64,000 bases of DNA from an uncultured Verrucomicrobiae bacterium (lineage in GTDB: Bacteria; Verrucomicrobiota; Verrucomicrobiia; Chthoniobacterales; JAFAMB01): NCBI GenBank assembly GCA_963782115.1, contig CAWAIK010000003.1, positions 352,001-416,000 of the forward strand. The letters are read 5' to 3'. The notes beneath the pieces are model-generated. The model searched no databases, was not told the origin of the DNA, and saw only the letters and a program-made list of their open reading frames with translations. A program made the translations under genes and the position numbers. The stretch's first letter is position 1, and every line of letters starts with the position of its first letter. This document shows positions 23,516-33,833 of this stretch, piece by piece.

Positions 23516-23900
23516 ATGAAAAGACCGTGCTTTTCCGATTGGCCTTGGTCGTCATGACGGTCGGTTTGATGCAAAGCGCTCATGCAGGCGCGGCCGTGGC
23601 TCTGGCCCCAAATAACCAACTTACGACTGCATATAGAGGGCCAGTACAGAGAGAGAGAAGGCGCGCGCGCTCAACAATGCGCGGCGCCTCTACGGTAACG
23701 ACGTGAGGATAATCGCCGCAACCGATCTCACTGGTTACGGGGCGATCGCGGTTGCACGCCACCCCAATGGTTTCGGGTGGATTATCGGGGTTGCGCTAGG
23801 CAAGCGGTCTGCGACCGAGGCTGATACTCTTGCGATTGAGGGGTGCCGGAAGCCGGCGGGGTCAACGCTCAGGTGTGCAGGGACGATCAGAGCAGACTCC
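23516..23900 (+). pseudogene. Exported protein (DUF4189-like), multiple frameshifts
   Basis: Signal peptide ending SAHAGAAVA, then GYGAIAVA...ATEADTLAIEGC across frames. Confidence 0.5.
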
Positions 23901-23953
23901 ATTTACAAAAGACACTCGGAACTCCTTTCTCGGTGAAAGGATGATTAGGCTTT

Positions 23954-24238
23954 ATGAAGGATTTCCGCGTTATCAAAGGATTTGCCAAAATCCAGAGCGA
24001 ATCACTGTCTGAAGAGAAGTTTCAGGCGCTGCAAATGGGCGATTTAATTTTCGTCCAGCTGGACAAAAAACAGCCGGAGGTCCGGCACTTCATCGGACAC
24101 GGCGTTGGTTACAAGCTCGCCGACATTCGATGTTTCAACCTGGAATGGATGGAGAGCCCCGGTCTCTTCGGGAGATTCAACGTTTGTTTCTGTGCTCGAT
24201 TATTTCACGATTTCTTCTTTCGGTACATCCCCTCGTAG
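23954..24238 (+). CDS. Hypothetical protein or fragment
   Basis: 94-aa ATG-initiated ORF; no family recognised. Confidence 0.3.
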   Translation: MKDFRVIKGFAKIQSESLSEEKFQALQMGDLIFVQLDKKQPEVRHFIGHGVGYKLADIRCFNLEWMESPGLFGRFNVCFCARLFHDFFFRYIPS

Positions 24239-24719
24239 GGATTATATTTTTTATTCAGACCGCGCCTGGCTAATGCCGCGTCGGCCGCTCGCGATATCTC
24301 CGCAATCTGCCCATAGCGAAATAGAAACCATCCCGCAGTCTGGTCGAGGGCGAATACCCGTCTCTGTTTGTGCCTGTCGGTCGCTGTCATCGAGCCTCAC
24401 CCATTTAGATGTTCCAATTTGGCATCCCTGGCTCCAGGCGAAGAAATATCGGCCATCGCAAATGACCTCCCCAAAGGGCCACGTCTAATGCACAATATTT
24501 CCGGATCTTGTCTCTGACGGGCGCGCCAATGACTATCGTTGCCATATTTATCATATTTACAGAAAGTATACGTTATTCCGTAACTTACCTATATTCTTCT
24601 CAATGGGTAACGGTTGCTTTTGCGTATCTCGCGAATTCGTTTCTCATTACGCTCGCTGGCCATAATTCCATTGAACAGCTGACCGCCCGCTTTTTCTTGC
24701 AATGATCTAGAGAGCGCCG

Positions 24720-26945
24720 CTATTCGCCCGCGCTTCGAAGTCGAAGCGCCTCTTCCAAGGAAATTGTCTGTTGTGCCACTAAGCGGACAGCCTGTTCGAA
24801 GAGCGTTTTCTCGCCGCGCGCGCTCATCAAAGAGCGAATCTCCCTCGGCGACTTATTAAGGGTAATCGCCTGCTCGATCTCCTGATCGACGACCAGCGCT
24901 TCAAATATTGCGCTGCGGCCTAGGTATCCCTTTCCTTGACACTTCGGGCACCCCGTCCCTCTCAGGAGCGTCGTCGCCTCTTCGAGCCATTCAGGTTTTA
25001 TGCCGGTCGCATTGAGGTACTCAGTGTTGGGAATCGGCACTTCCTCCGGACAAGCGGGACATAACTTTCGGACTAGGCGTTGATGGACTCCCAGCTTTAA
25101 CACCGATGCAGTATAGTGAATTGGAATCCGGAAATATTCCAGCCTTTGGGGGATGTGAGCTGCCGAGTTGGTGTGCAAAGTAGAAATTACTCTGCACGCA
25201 ATATTAAAGATCCCGATTAAGGCCTCGCCAGTCTCGACATCTCGAATCTCCTGAATCACTGCGATACAGGGTGCGCGTCGGACGAGCGACCGTGTGAAGG
25301 AGGAAAACGTGTATCGCCCACCCTCGCTAATTTCGTCCTGGGTAGCCCAAGGAATAACAACCTCAATCGGGCATTCGCCGGTGATGATGTTCATTCGTCT
25401 GGCAGGCTGCTCCTTCAGGATAGAGTAAATGCTTGTCGACTTGCCGGATCCTGCAGGACCCGTGAAAATCATTAATCCTTGCGGGCTTGCAATGAATTCC
25501 CGAATCGCGGTGCAAAGATACGACGCCATCCCTAACGCTTCCATCGTTGGAATGAAATTAATATCTGGTTGCAACCGCAGGATAGCGGTCTCCATATTGA
25601 AGTTAAACGTCGTGTTGATTCGAAAGAGATATTCCCGGTTCTCGTATTCTCGCCGGAACTGGCCGTCTTGAGGCTTGTCACTCTTGGAGGTGTCAAGCCG
25701 GGCCTGGGTTTTGAGGAAGCTTAAAACGTTCTGTCCGATGTCGCTGAGTTCCACAGGCTCCGTCCAGTCGCCATCAGCCTTGAATTTTATCCGCAGGCTT
25801 CGATTGTTAGAAAGGCTCTGAAACATTATATCGGAAGCGTTGCAATCAATAGCTCTGGCCAATGCGATTTCCACGACGTCTTCCGGTTGACGATTTGCAA
25901 CATTCTTTTCCAGGCTGTTCAGATCGATCCGTTTCGGTTTCCTCGCGGCAGGCCATTGAGCCGTATCAATTCGCACCGAAGCCGCGAATTTCTTGATATT
26001 CGCGGCGTCGCTGGCGACCCGACTGATCCATTCTTTAATCAACTGCTCATCGGCGAGAACTTCGCTGAATATTGTGCCGCGACGATTCAACCCTTGTGAG
26101 ATAAACGACTTGTTTTGCGGCGAAAGAGCTTTAGGGACCGCCATTGTCAAAAACGGCTTGTGCCAGCTCAAAGGGACGACCGTGAAACGCTGCATTCTAC
26201 CCAGGCCGAATTCTTGCATCAGGTCACGATTGGGAACGAACTTACCCAACTCAATCCATGGCCGGGGGTTTTTGTCTGAGTGCTCCAACTCAATCCCCTT
26301 CACAGTTCCCCTGGGAAGCCGCGGCACGGTCCTGAGTGGTTGCCGGGCCGTTGCTAAAAACCTGCGAATGGCTTCTGGTTCGGCCCACAAACAGGAAACC
26401 CGCCGTGCGGCAAAAAACTCGTTCAGAGCCGCCCAGTGCGGCGTTCGCATCTCCAGCTCTAACCCAGGAATCCAACTCACTACAGTGACCTCCTCCGCCA
26501 CTGTAGCGCCGGGCGTAAACCGATAGGAGATAGGCACGATCGGAACGGGCACCGGCGGGATATTAACCTGTTCGAGCGCCGCGGGAAAATAGGTTTCAAA
26601 GTCAATCGCGGTCGGCGCCATCTGGCGGTTAGAGCGAAAGATGCTAACAAAAAGCTCGTCACTTGATTTCGAAGCACTTTCGGCGCCCCCACCATTATCG
26701 GCGAGCAACTCATAGAACGAGCGTTGTTGCCAGGCTTCTTCGAGAGTCTTGCTCCGAGAAAGGAAATCGATGTACTGGAGAGCCTGTCCGTTAGCGACCT
26801 CGATTTCAGCGTCCTCCAGATTGAAGGCTTTGGTCAAGACAGTCTGAATCAGAATACTCAGCGGGTCGACCATCCAGAATTGGTCCGATCGAGGTGGATT
26901 TTCGTGTGGCATGAAGCCTTTTGGTTGTTGGATTCCCGCCCACAA
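24720..26945 (-). CDS. GspE/PilB-family assembly ATPase, divergent
   Basis: ASDI, PQDG, Walker A GPAGSGKST, EIRD, TLHTNSA, QRLVRKLC, CxxC...CxxC, GYLGR. Confidence 0.93.
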   Translation of the reverse strand: MWAGIQQPKGFMPHENPPRSDQFWMVDPLSILIQTVLTKAFNLEDAEIEVANGQALQYIDFLSRSKTLEEAWQQRSFYELLADNGGGAESASKSSDELFVSIFRSNRQMAPTAIDFETYFPAALEQVNIPPVPVPIVPISYRFTPGATVAEEVTVVSWIPGLELEMRTPHWAALNEFFAARRVSCLWAEPEAIRRFLATARQPLRTVPRLPRGTVKGIELEHSDKNPRPWIELGKFVPNRDLMQEFGLGRMQRFTVVPLSWHKPFLTMAVPKALSPQNKSFISQGLNRRGTIFSEVLADEQLIKEWISRVASDAANIKKFAASVRIDTAQWPAARKPKRIDLNSLEKNVANRQPEDVVEIALARAIDCNASDIMFQSLSNNRSLRIKFKADGDWTEPVELSDIGQNVLSFLKTQARLDTSKSDKPQDGQFRREYENREYLFRINTTFNFNMETAILRLQPDINFIPTMEALGMASYLCTAIREFIASPQGLMIFTGPAGSGKSTSIYSILKEQPARRMNIITGECPIEVVIPWATQDEISEGGRYTFSSFTRSLVRRAPCIAVIQEIRDVETGEALIGIFNIACRVISTLHTNSAAHIPQRLEYFRIPIHYTASVLKLGVHQRLVRKLCPACPEEVPIPNTEYLNATGIKPEWLEEATTLLRGTGCPKCQGKGYLGRSAIFEALVVDQEIEQAITLNKSPREIRSLMSARGEKTLFEQAVRLVAQQTISLEEALRLRSAGE

Positions 26946-28340
26946 TTAATTCGCGAGCACCGCAGTCACCCTTTTGGCCATAATAGAGGCTGCTTTAGGG
27001 ACTCCCTGGTTATTGAATCCCCCTGCGACGGAGAGCGCAAGGGGGCTCACAATCGCCATATCACCGGGAAGATTGCCTGCGTTCATGAGAAGCACGATGG
27101 CATTGGGATTTGAGGAGGATATATAAAAGCTGTTGCGACCGGCGGAGGGAGGCTCTTTTGATACATCAAAGATGATAACGGGCACGCCGACATTCGTGCG
27201 GGACACATAACGGGTAAAAGCCCGCTTCTCTAACGAGCTGGCCGCGGCGCCAGAAGCAGTCCTTACGGTGATCTTACCATTATTCTCGTATACTATCCGG
27301 CTGCACTGGCGCCACAGCTCTTGTTGGCCAATTGGACTATTGGCGGGAAGCGTGTCTTGAGCCGTCATCTGATTGATGTCGGCCGCTTCAACCATGGTCA
27401 TCGGCAGATCGCGCCCACTTAAAATGTTGGATCGCTCTACCGAACGCGCCATGGCAAGCCACTCGTCATTGCTCGTCGATTGAACGGGCAGGGTCGCCGG
27501 TGGTTGGTTTGGACCGGACTGCGCAAACAAAGATCCATTGTTCGCAAGGCTGATGTTGCCAGCCGCCGTGACCGGGTAGATCGAGGTATACTTTCCTCCC
27601 CAAACGATAAGGTCGCCTTCCGAATGGATTCGGCCGACGATCGGCATGAAGGGAGACACAACCTGGATGCTTGCTGAAGAGAAGAGTGTAAACTCCGATA
27701 CAGGAATTTGACGTACGCTGATCTGCGGGGTCATCGCCATGGAAGGTAGAGCGAACCGGCTATCGGTTGCGCCGGATAGAATGTTTTGGGCATCGGCCGT
27801 TACCGTGAATGTGTCGACGATTGCGGCCAGCCCGCGAAACGGGTCATCCGCATCGCTTAACGCTTGGAAAATGTTGTGGCTCTGAGTCGCCAATATTTGA
27901 TTGGTCGGCGCCTGGGACGAGGCCCGGAGATCGAGATTGTAATAACCGGTCTCCTTGGATCCATGAGCTTGGTTTAGATTACTGTCGAGGCTTCCTACAT
28001 CGAGCCACGCTTGCTGTTGGAATTGCATGGCGGCGGATTGCCGGATCGTCTCCAAAGAAAACTCGACCCCGGCAACGGCACGGTCCCGGTACTGCGTTTG
28101 CAACGCTGTTTGCCTCCCGGCATTGGCGATCTCGAATACGGCTCCCCCGATGAGACCAAGAACAACTACCGCCCCAAGCAGAATCGCGAGGACGTTCCCT
28201 TGGACACCCCTGGATGCTCCAAAGCGGCGCGGATTTAAGTCAACGCATCCTGAGAGGGTTCCCATAAGCCTCGAAGTCCAGCAATTCGTAAGGGCTCTGA
28301 ACAGTCCAATGCGCTTGTACCAGTCCCAAATCTTGCGCAA
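26946..28340 (-). CDS. PilX/GspK-like large minor pilin (start uncertain, possibly 28265)
   Basis: QG/NVLAILLGAVVVLGLIGG type III-like signal lacking E5; GRIHSEGDL; position in operon. Confidence 0.65.
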   Translation of the reverse strand: MRKIWDWYKRIGLFRALTNCWTSRLMGTLSGCVDLNPRRFGASRGVQGNVLAILLGAVVVLGLIGGAVFEIANAGRQTALQTQYRDRAVAGVEFSLETIRQSAAMQFQQQAWLDVGSLDSNLNQAHGSKETGYYNLDLRASSQAPTNQILATQSHNIFQALSDADDPFRGLAAIVDTFTVTADAQNILSGATDSRFALPSMAMTPQISVRQIPVSEFTLFSSASIQVVSPFMPIVGRIHSEGDLIVWGGKYTSIYPVTAAGNISLANNGSLFAQSGPNQPPATLPVQSTSNDEWLAMARSVERSNILSGRDLPMTMVEAADINQMTAQDTLPANSPIGQQELWRQCSRIVYENNGKITVRTASGAAASSLEKRAFTRYVSRTNVGVPVIIFDVSKEPPSAGRNSFYISSSNPNAIVLLMNAGNLPGDMAIVSPLALSVAGGFNNQGVPKAASIMAKRVTAVLAN

Positions 28341-28794
28341 ACGCCGTTGAGTTTCCGGTAGAGAACACGACCTTATTCAGCATTGAGCGTTGTTGACCCA
28401 AGTTGTTCTCATAGCGGACCAGCGTCTGCGCAACCGGGTCGTATTCGAAGAGTTCGTTGACGAACGTCCCGTCCGGCATTTGATCCTGGAAAATCAGCAT
28501 ATTGCCCTTCACTGCCGCGTTACCTACTGGGTCCGTTAAGTAAGCCGCTCGGTCGGCATAGATTGCCCATCCAGTCGCAGATTTTCCTGCCTGTGTAAAA
28601 CTCGAGGCAAAGCGTTCAGACTCATCTGAAATGCGTGTCACCTCAATTGCAATATAGCTGCGTTTCAGGACGCCCGTGAGAGTATCGGTGATGACTCCCG
28701 TGGCCACCGCCGCGAGCAGCAATCCGAGCAGCGCTTCGATCAGTGTAAAGCCGCCTCGCACACTGGTCCTACGTTTTGACCCGGGTAAGTGCAT
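28240..28794 (-). CDS. Minor pilin (PilW/GspJ-like)
   Basis: RGG/FTLIEALLGLLL prepilin motif. Confidence 0.85.
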   Translation of the reverse strand: MHLPGSKRRTSVRGGFTLIEALLGLLLAAVATGVITDTLTGVLKRSYIAIEVTRISDESERFASSFTQAGKSATGWAIYADRAAYLTDPVGNAAVKGNMLIFQDQMPDGTFVNELFEYDPVAQTLVRYENNLGQQRSMLNKVVFSTGNSTAFAQDLGLVQAHWTVQSPYELLDFEAYGNPLRMR

Positions 28795-29230
28795 TGGTGC
28801 GAATTGTTTCCTGCGGACTATACGTGGAGACAGGCTCCGGATTGGTATTGTAGGTGAGCGTTAAGACAATTGCTTTTCCCTCGACTGGCGTGCCGCTGTT
28901 TGTTGTCGTCACGTTCACGATCACGCTGAACGGGTAGATCTCTTTATAGGTTCCTGTGCCGGGATCGAGGGGATGAAGCAGAAACCCAAAGCGAAACTGA
29001 GCCCCCTCCTCTGGCAGTAGATCATAGGGCACATAGGTCATGTAATCGCTGCTTTCGCGCAGAATTTGCGTTACGCGCGCGTCAATCCTAGCTTTGTCAC
29101 ACTTGTATTCCGCCAGCCGCCAGAAATTGATAACGCCGACCATCACAGAGGTCACAGCTAACAACCCAATCAACGGGTCAATCAGTGCAAAGCCAACGCG
29201 TCGGTTCCTGCGGATGATCGGCACTTCCAT
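28769..29230 (-). CDS. Minor pilin (PilV/GspI-like)
   Basis: RVG/FALIDPLIGLLAV prepilin-like motif with Asp at +5. Confidence 0.75.
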   Translation of the reverse strand: MEVPIIRRNRRVGFALIDPLIGLLAVTSVMVGVINFWRLAEYKCDKARIDARVTQILRESSDYMTYVPYDLLPEEGAQFRFGFLLHPLDPGTGTYKEIYPFSVIVNVTTTNSGTPVEGKAIVLTLTYNTNPEPVSTYSPQETIRTNALTRVKT

Positions 29231-29267
29231 TCCCTAAAGATCAAGAGTTAATAAGACAAAGTTACGC

Positions 29268-31061
29268 TTACTGGGGCTGACCCGTTGTCCCCACTTTCTT
29301 TGGTTTTGCTTGCTGAAGATAGACCGTACGTTTACCGACCGGCTCTTTTCCTTCGCGTTCCGACGGGATTCGAGGTGGTTCTCCAGGCAGGTCCCCGAGG
29401 TCGTCCACCGAGTCAGCCTCGTCTTTGCCAAGGCGATCGGTGCGCTTAAAGGTTCCTTGGACGATTCTGGGCCACACAATAATTATGAGGTTTGTACGGT
29501 CTTTGTTTCTCTGTCGGGTTTGAAAGAGATAACCCAGAATCGGAATTTTTCGCAAACCAGGAATCCCATTGGTCAAATAGTTATCCGTGTCTTCGGTTAT
29601 GCCGCCAATGACAGCAGCCTCGCCGCTTCGTACTTCGACGTCAGCAGTGGCGGACCTGGTCGAGATCACCGGCACCGTAGTATTGGTTCCAGGCTGCGCA
29701 GGAGAAGTCCCCGCTTGAGTGGAAAGCGCCGGGTTAATCTTCATGTCGATGATTCCGTTGGCTAAGATCCGCGGAACGACGTCAATCGTCAGGCCGGTCG
29801 TAAAGGTGTAGGGCGTGGTTGTCGCCTGGACATTCGCGGTCGCGGCGGTCTGCAGGAAGATCGTCTGATTTGTCACTGACCGGATCTGCACCGCTTCGCC
29901 CGTTCGCGTATAAGTAACCGGCGAATTCGTCGATTTCAGTTTTCCTCGCTGGGTCAAGGCGCGAATCGTGCCCTGGACAGTGGGAAATTGCAAAATCAAA
30001 CCGTTATGGAAAAACGCGCCTCCGAAACCGCTCGAGACAATTGAGTTTGGCGGGGATCCGACATTACCGGTCAGAGAGAATGTCGCTCCGTTCTGGCCCA
30101 AAGTGTTGCTCCAATCCACGCCGCCAAATAGATCGTCACTGTTACTGACTTCCACGACGTAGGTATTAATCTGGATTTGATTTTCCCTGTGATCCCAGAG
30201 ATTAATCTGTGCCGCTAAACCCTCGTGTTCTTCGGGTGTGGCGTTGACCATAATTGAATTAGTCGAGCGCTCAATCCAGACGCGATCCTGCTTATCTTGG
30301 CCGCCTCCCGAAAGGGGATTATCGAAAGGAAGCCCGGACACAAATCTTGGAGCCGACTGCTCGGTCCCTGCCGTGTAGAGCGTCTGGATTCCTCCACTAG
30401 CTCCACCGTTAACCTCCGGCGCGCCTGCATAGGCCGCCGAGCCGGGTTGACCATTACCGGTCGGGGGATAGGCCGGGTTACTGCCAGAAACCGGCTTGAC
30501 CTGGATACCTAGATATCCTGCCACCGCCTGTTTTAAATCTTCCGCGCTCTGATAGCGGAGCCGATAGGCTCGGACTTCGTAATAGCTGGGCGCACTGATA
30601 TCGGACCGGCTCAAGGTCAAAACATTGGTACCCCGCCTCGTCATAACTCTAAAACCACGAGCTTCTGCAACGGCATAGAAAGCGTCGATAGGCGTCATGG
30701 AAGGTAAAATGAGCGAAATTCGTTCCTCCGGGTTGAGGCCGGGCTCGATGTAACTGATTTGGGCTTCCTCCGCGAGGACACGAAGCACCGTTCCAACCGG
30801 CTGATTCGTGAATCGGTGCGTACGAGGTTTATTGGGATCAGCCGCTACTTCCTGTTGCGCAGTATTTTGACGATCGTTGAGGGCGTTTTGCAGATTATCT
30901 AAGATTGAGTTTTCTGGCGTGGGCGTCGACGAGGGTGCTGGTTGCAAATCGGACGAGGGTTGCGGAGAGGATTCCGGCACCGGGGTCTGTTGAGCCCACG
31001 CCGTGACTGCTAATAGCGGCAGAATAACTAACACTCCGATGAGGAGACTTTTACGAGTCAC
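29268..31061 (-). CDS. Secretin (GspD/PilQ family)
   Basis: Signal peptide; QIQINTYVVEV, GVDW, GIPGLRKIPILGYLF, LIIIVWPRIV. Confidence 0.95.
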   Translation of the reverse strand: MTRKSLLIGVLVILPLLAVTAWAQQTPVPESSPQPSSDLQPAPSSTPTPENSILDNLQNALNDRQNTAQQEVAADPNKPRTHRFTNQPVGTVLRVLAEEAQISYIEPGLNPEERISLILPSMTPIDAFYAVAEARGFRVMTRRGTNVLTLSRSDISAPSYYEVRAYRLRYQSAEDLKQAVAGYLGIQVKPVSGSNPAYPPTGNGQPGSAAYAGAPEVNGGASGGIQTLYTAGTEQSAPRFVSGLPFDNPLSGGGQDKQDRVWIERSTNSIMVNATPEEHEGLAAQINLWDHRENQIQINTYVVEVSNSDDLFGGVDWSNTLGQNGATFSLTGNVGSPPNSIVSSGFGGAFFHNGLILQFPTVQGTIRALTQRGKLKSTNSPVTYTRTGEAVQIRSVTNQTIFLQTAATANVQATTTPYTFTTGLTIDVVPRILANGIIDMKINPALSTQAGTSPAQPGTNTTVPVISTRSATADVEVRSGEAAVIGGITEDTDNYLTNGIPGLRKIPILGYLFQTRQRNKDRTNLIIIVWPRIVQGTFKRTDRLGKDEADSVDDLGDLPGEPPRIPSEREGKEPVGKRTVYLQQAKPKKVGTTGQPQ

Positions 31062-31618
31062 GGTTTTTTATCTTTCAGTTTTTTGGGTAGCTTGAACGTG
31101 GTGGACGGCTCGTCCGTCTCCAAAGGTAATTGGCAGATTGAGGCCCTGAAACCTGGAAGCTGGAAATCGACACCCGCACTGCTGATTGTGCCTACCTCAA
31201 TGGCGATCCCGTTGTCCGGCGTGCGTGTAAGCGTTAGACCAAAACTTTGCGCTAACTGATCCAACTCCCGGAGAGTTTTCTCGTCGAGATCCAGCGGGAC
31301 GGTGTCGCCTTGGCGGAAAGTCACACCATTGATCAGGGCCATCCCATCCGGTTGGCGGTCATCCGTGCTAAGTCCGCCCACGGTTAACTGGTCCTTAATC
31401 GACGCAGTCAGTTTCTCCAAAAATCGGTGCATCAACTCTCCGCTTGCCACGCCTGGAATTTCCACTCTTTCGTCCAGAAGGGTTGTTGATGCTCTGGAGG
31501 AGATAAACGGGTCCCTTTGGGAACGCAGATAATTGTAGATATCGAGGTCCGGTAACTCCACTTGAGCGTGAAGACTTAGAGCACTTCCCAACAATAGTGA
31601 AACAACCTTTATAGTCAT
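31058..31618 (-). CDS. PilP/GspC-like alignment protein (by synteny)
   Basis: Signal peptide, RDPF motif, ALINGV..RQGD; directly upstream of the secretin. Confidence 0.55.
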   Translation of the reverse strand: MTIKVVSLLLGSALSLHAQVELPDLDIYNYLRSQRDPFISSRASTTLLDERVEIPGVASGELMHRFLEKLTASIKDQLTVGGLSTDDRQPDGMALINGVTFRQGDTVPLDLDEKTLRELDQLAQSFGLTLTRTPDNGIAIEVGTISSAGVDFQLPGFRASICQLPLETDEPSTTFKLPKKLKDKKP

Positions 31619-32199
31619 CGTGTTGCCGACGTAAAGATTCTGGCGGTGAACCGCGTCTGGAGAGGAGTCGGCCGCAGAGAAAAAGGCTCGGTTGTCTTGG
31701 GCCGGATAAGTTCCAAATGGTCAAAAAAAAGGAATACGTTAGAGTTCTCAGCTTCTGCGATCAACGGGACCAAACGTTGAAACTCCAGGCGAGTAGAATC
31801 AAGCTCGTAACCAACGCTAGCCTCCGATCGCATGACCCCGGACGGCACAGCCGCCAACCCCCCTTTGACAAAATCCTGAATCACGATGGGCTCTGTCTGA
31901 TGAACGCCATTGCCCACCGAAAGAGAACGCTGCTGCAGGTTTGGAGGGGTGAAAGCCACGGGATCCTGAAGGCGGAGATAAAGGCCGTTAATCCGAACCG
32001 AGGCCGCCTTGAGCTCCGTCATTTTGCGCGAATCGAGCAGATTCTCGCCTGAGCGCCGAATGTTAGCGAGCAAAAGGTCTTCATTGGAGCCGTGCCAGCG
32101 ATAAAGCCAATAGGTTTCTGCCCCCAAGAGCAGGAGAATGCAAAAGGTCAGCACGAGTGCGGATTGTGGTTTAGGGGTGTCGTTTGCCGTGGCCCTCAT
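31615..32199 (-). CDS. PilO/GspM-like bitopic protein (by synteny)
   Basis: N-terminal TM helix, coiled segment, C-terminal alpha/beta domain. Confidence 0.5.
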   Translation of the reverse strand: MRATANDTPKPQSALVLTFCILLLLGAETYWLYRWHGSNEDLLLANIRRSGENLLDSRKMTELKAASVRINGLYLRLQDPVAFTPPNLQQRSLSVGNGVHQTEPIVIQDFVKGGLAAVPSGVMRSEASVGYELDSTRLEFQRLVPLIAEAENSNVFLFFDHLELIRPKTTEPFSLRPTPLQTRFTARIFTSATR

Positions 32200-32858
32200 A
32201 GCGAATTTTGCGCTGCCAGCTTTATCACGCCCAAGCCGTAGTAATTTCCGTTCGTAGGCGCGATCAGTGTGAGTCGGAAGGTTTTATACTGTTGCCCGAC
32301 CAGGGGGCTATTGTCAGCTATCTTGCTTTCCGGAGGCAAACTCTGTAGAAGCGCTTGCGCTAGTTTGTTGGACGGGTCTGTCGCGCTGCCCTGCAGTGGC
32401 TCTTCACCTTCGATTTCGATACGGACTTGTCGAGGCACCTGAAACAGTCCATTCTCGATCTGGACAGTTTGGAACGCTTCAGCGTCCATCGTTATTTTGG
32501 AAACCGTCAGATTAGGAGGGGCGAGCTGTTCAATTTTGCCGAGCACAGCGCTAATTGGCAGACGGGCACGCAGTATTGGCGCTAAATCCTGAATGCGCTT
32601 TAGTTTCTTTTCGATATCGGCAAGTGCCTTGTGCTCGCCGGCAATTCTGACAGTATCACCAGCCAATTGAGTCGCTTTTGCCTGCCCCTGCGCAGTAAGG
32701 TCTCTCTCATACACGAGCCAGGCGACGAGAGGGACCTGCGCCAGCAAGAAGCAGCAGACTAAAAATCCCGCGAACCTGTACGCCGGATGATACCGGTACA
32801 CCTGGCCGGCCAGGATCTCTTTGGAAATCAGATAAGGCTTCATTGGATTACTAACCAA
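32196..32858 (-). CDS. PilN/GspL-like bitopic protein
   Basis: TM helix, coiled coil, then VLGKIEQLAPPNLTVSKI, resembling PilN. Confidence 0.6.
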   Translation of the reverse strand: MVSNPMKPYLISKEILAGQVYRYHPAYRFAGFLVCCFLLAQVPLVAWLVYERDLTAQGQAKATQLAGDTVRIAGEHKALADIEKKLKRIQDLAPILRARLPISAVLGKIEQLAPPNLTVSKITMDAEAFQTVQIENGLFQVPRQVRIEIEGEEPLQGSATDPSNKLAQALLQSLPPESKIADNSPLVGQQYKTFRLTLIAPTNGNYYGLGVIKLAAQNSL

Positions 32859-33829
32859 TTGAGCAAATGAGCGAGGGGCCGGTCATGTTTAATTTTTTTG
32901 CCGTGTCCCTCCTGAAGCGAGAGAGAGGCTCCGCTGATACCTTGGATATTCTCTTCATCTATAATGACGAGGTCTTCGGGGATGCTACGTCGTTCCTCAG
33001 TATGGTTCAGTGCCCAGAGGTATCGAACCGGCCGTTCCAGTCCCAGATCGTCGATCTCCCCTTCGAGAATCGAGAACGCATCCGAAGCGCTTTCCTCTTG
33101 GGAAATGTAAATCAAACTGCGACGCTTGAATGCGGCGCTGACCGCGCCTTGATCGGTCGCGACAACAACAAGAGAATCGCGATCTTTTGTCGCCAGGGTG
33201 CTATTGCACCATGCTAACACCGCTACCGGAAGTGGCAGGATACCGACAATTGAAGCTCCCTGGCTCTGGGTCCAGGATTCCAAGCTTGCGCAGATTTCAT
33301 CCGAAATCCCAAACAACAGCAATGGCTCATCGATGCGGGGATTAGTCTCGAGACCAAGGCTGATCTCTCGGTTAACGATGGCCCAGCGAAATGGCGCTTG
33401 CTCAGGCCAGTTGCCGAAAATTTGTTGTGGATTTTCGTGCATTTCTTCCAAAGCTGACGGCACGTCCTTTTGATGCAGTCGCTCAAGTGTGTCCACCCCG
33501 AAGAATCGATCTTTTTTGTCCGGATCCACGACGAAAAGATGTTTAACGTTTCGGCGCAGCCGGTAACGCGAGGTCAGTTTACGGGATAAAGTGCGCGAAC
33601 CCCGCCCGGTGCCAAGATTCACCTGCCCATTGGCAAGCGGTGGCGCGTCGTTATCCTTCTCAAGGGAAGCTTCATAACCAACACCACCGCGCACGCCCGC
33701 AGCCAGGGCCTGAATGTGTTCGAGGCCGCAAAAAAACACCAGGGTCGGCTCCTTCGTCGACAAGAACCCTCCGGCCAAATAGTGCGTTAGCGGCATTTCT
33801 CGGAAGAAGGTTGTGATGTCGTTATACAT
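32840..33829 (-). CDS. PilM-like cytoplasmic protein, highly divergent (by synteny)
   Basis: Soluble 329-aa ORF between pilC-like and pilN-like genes. Confidence 0.45.
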   Translation of the reverse strand: MYNDITTFFREMPLTHYLAGGFLSTKEPTLVFFCGLEHIQALAAGVRGGVGYEASLEKDNDAPPLANGQVNLGTGRGSRTLSRKLTSRYRLRRNVKHLFVVDPDKKDRFFGVDTLERLHQKDVPSALEEMHENPQQIFGNWPEQAPFRWAIVNREISLGLETNPRIDEPLLLFGISDEICASLESWTQSQGASIVGILPLPVAVLAWCNSTLATKDRDSLVVVATDQGAVSAAFKRRSLIYISQEESASDAFSILEGEIDDLGLERPVRYLWALNHTEERRSIPEDLVIIDEENIQGISGASLSLQEGHGKKIKHDRPLAHLLNWLVIQ

Positions 33830-33833
33830 TGGC

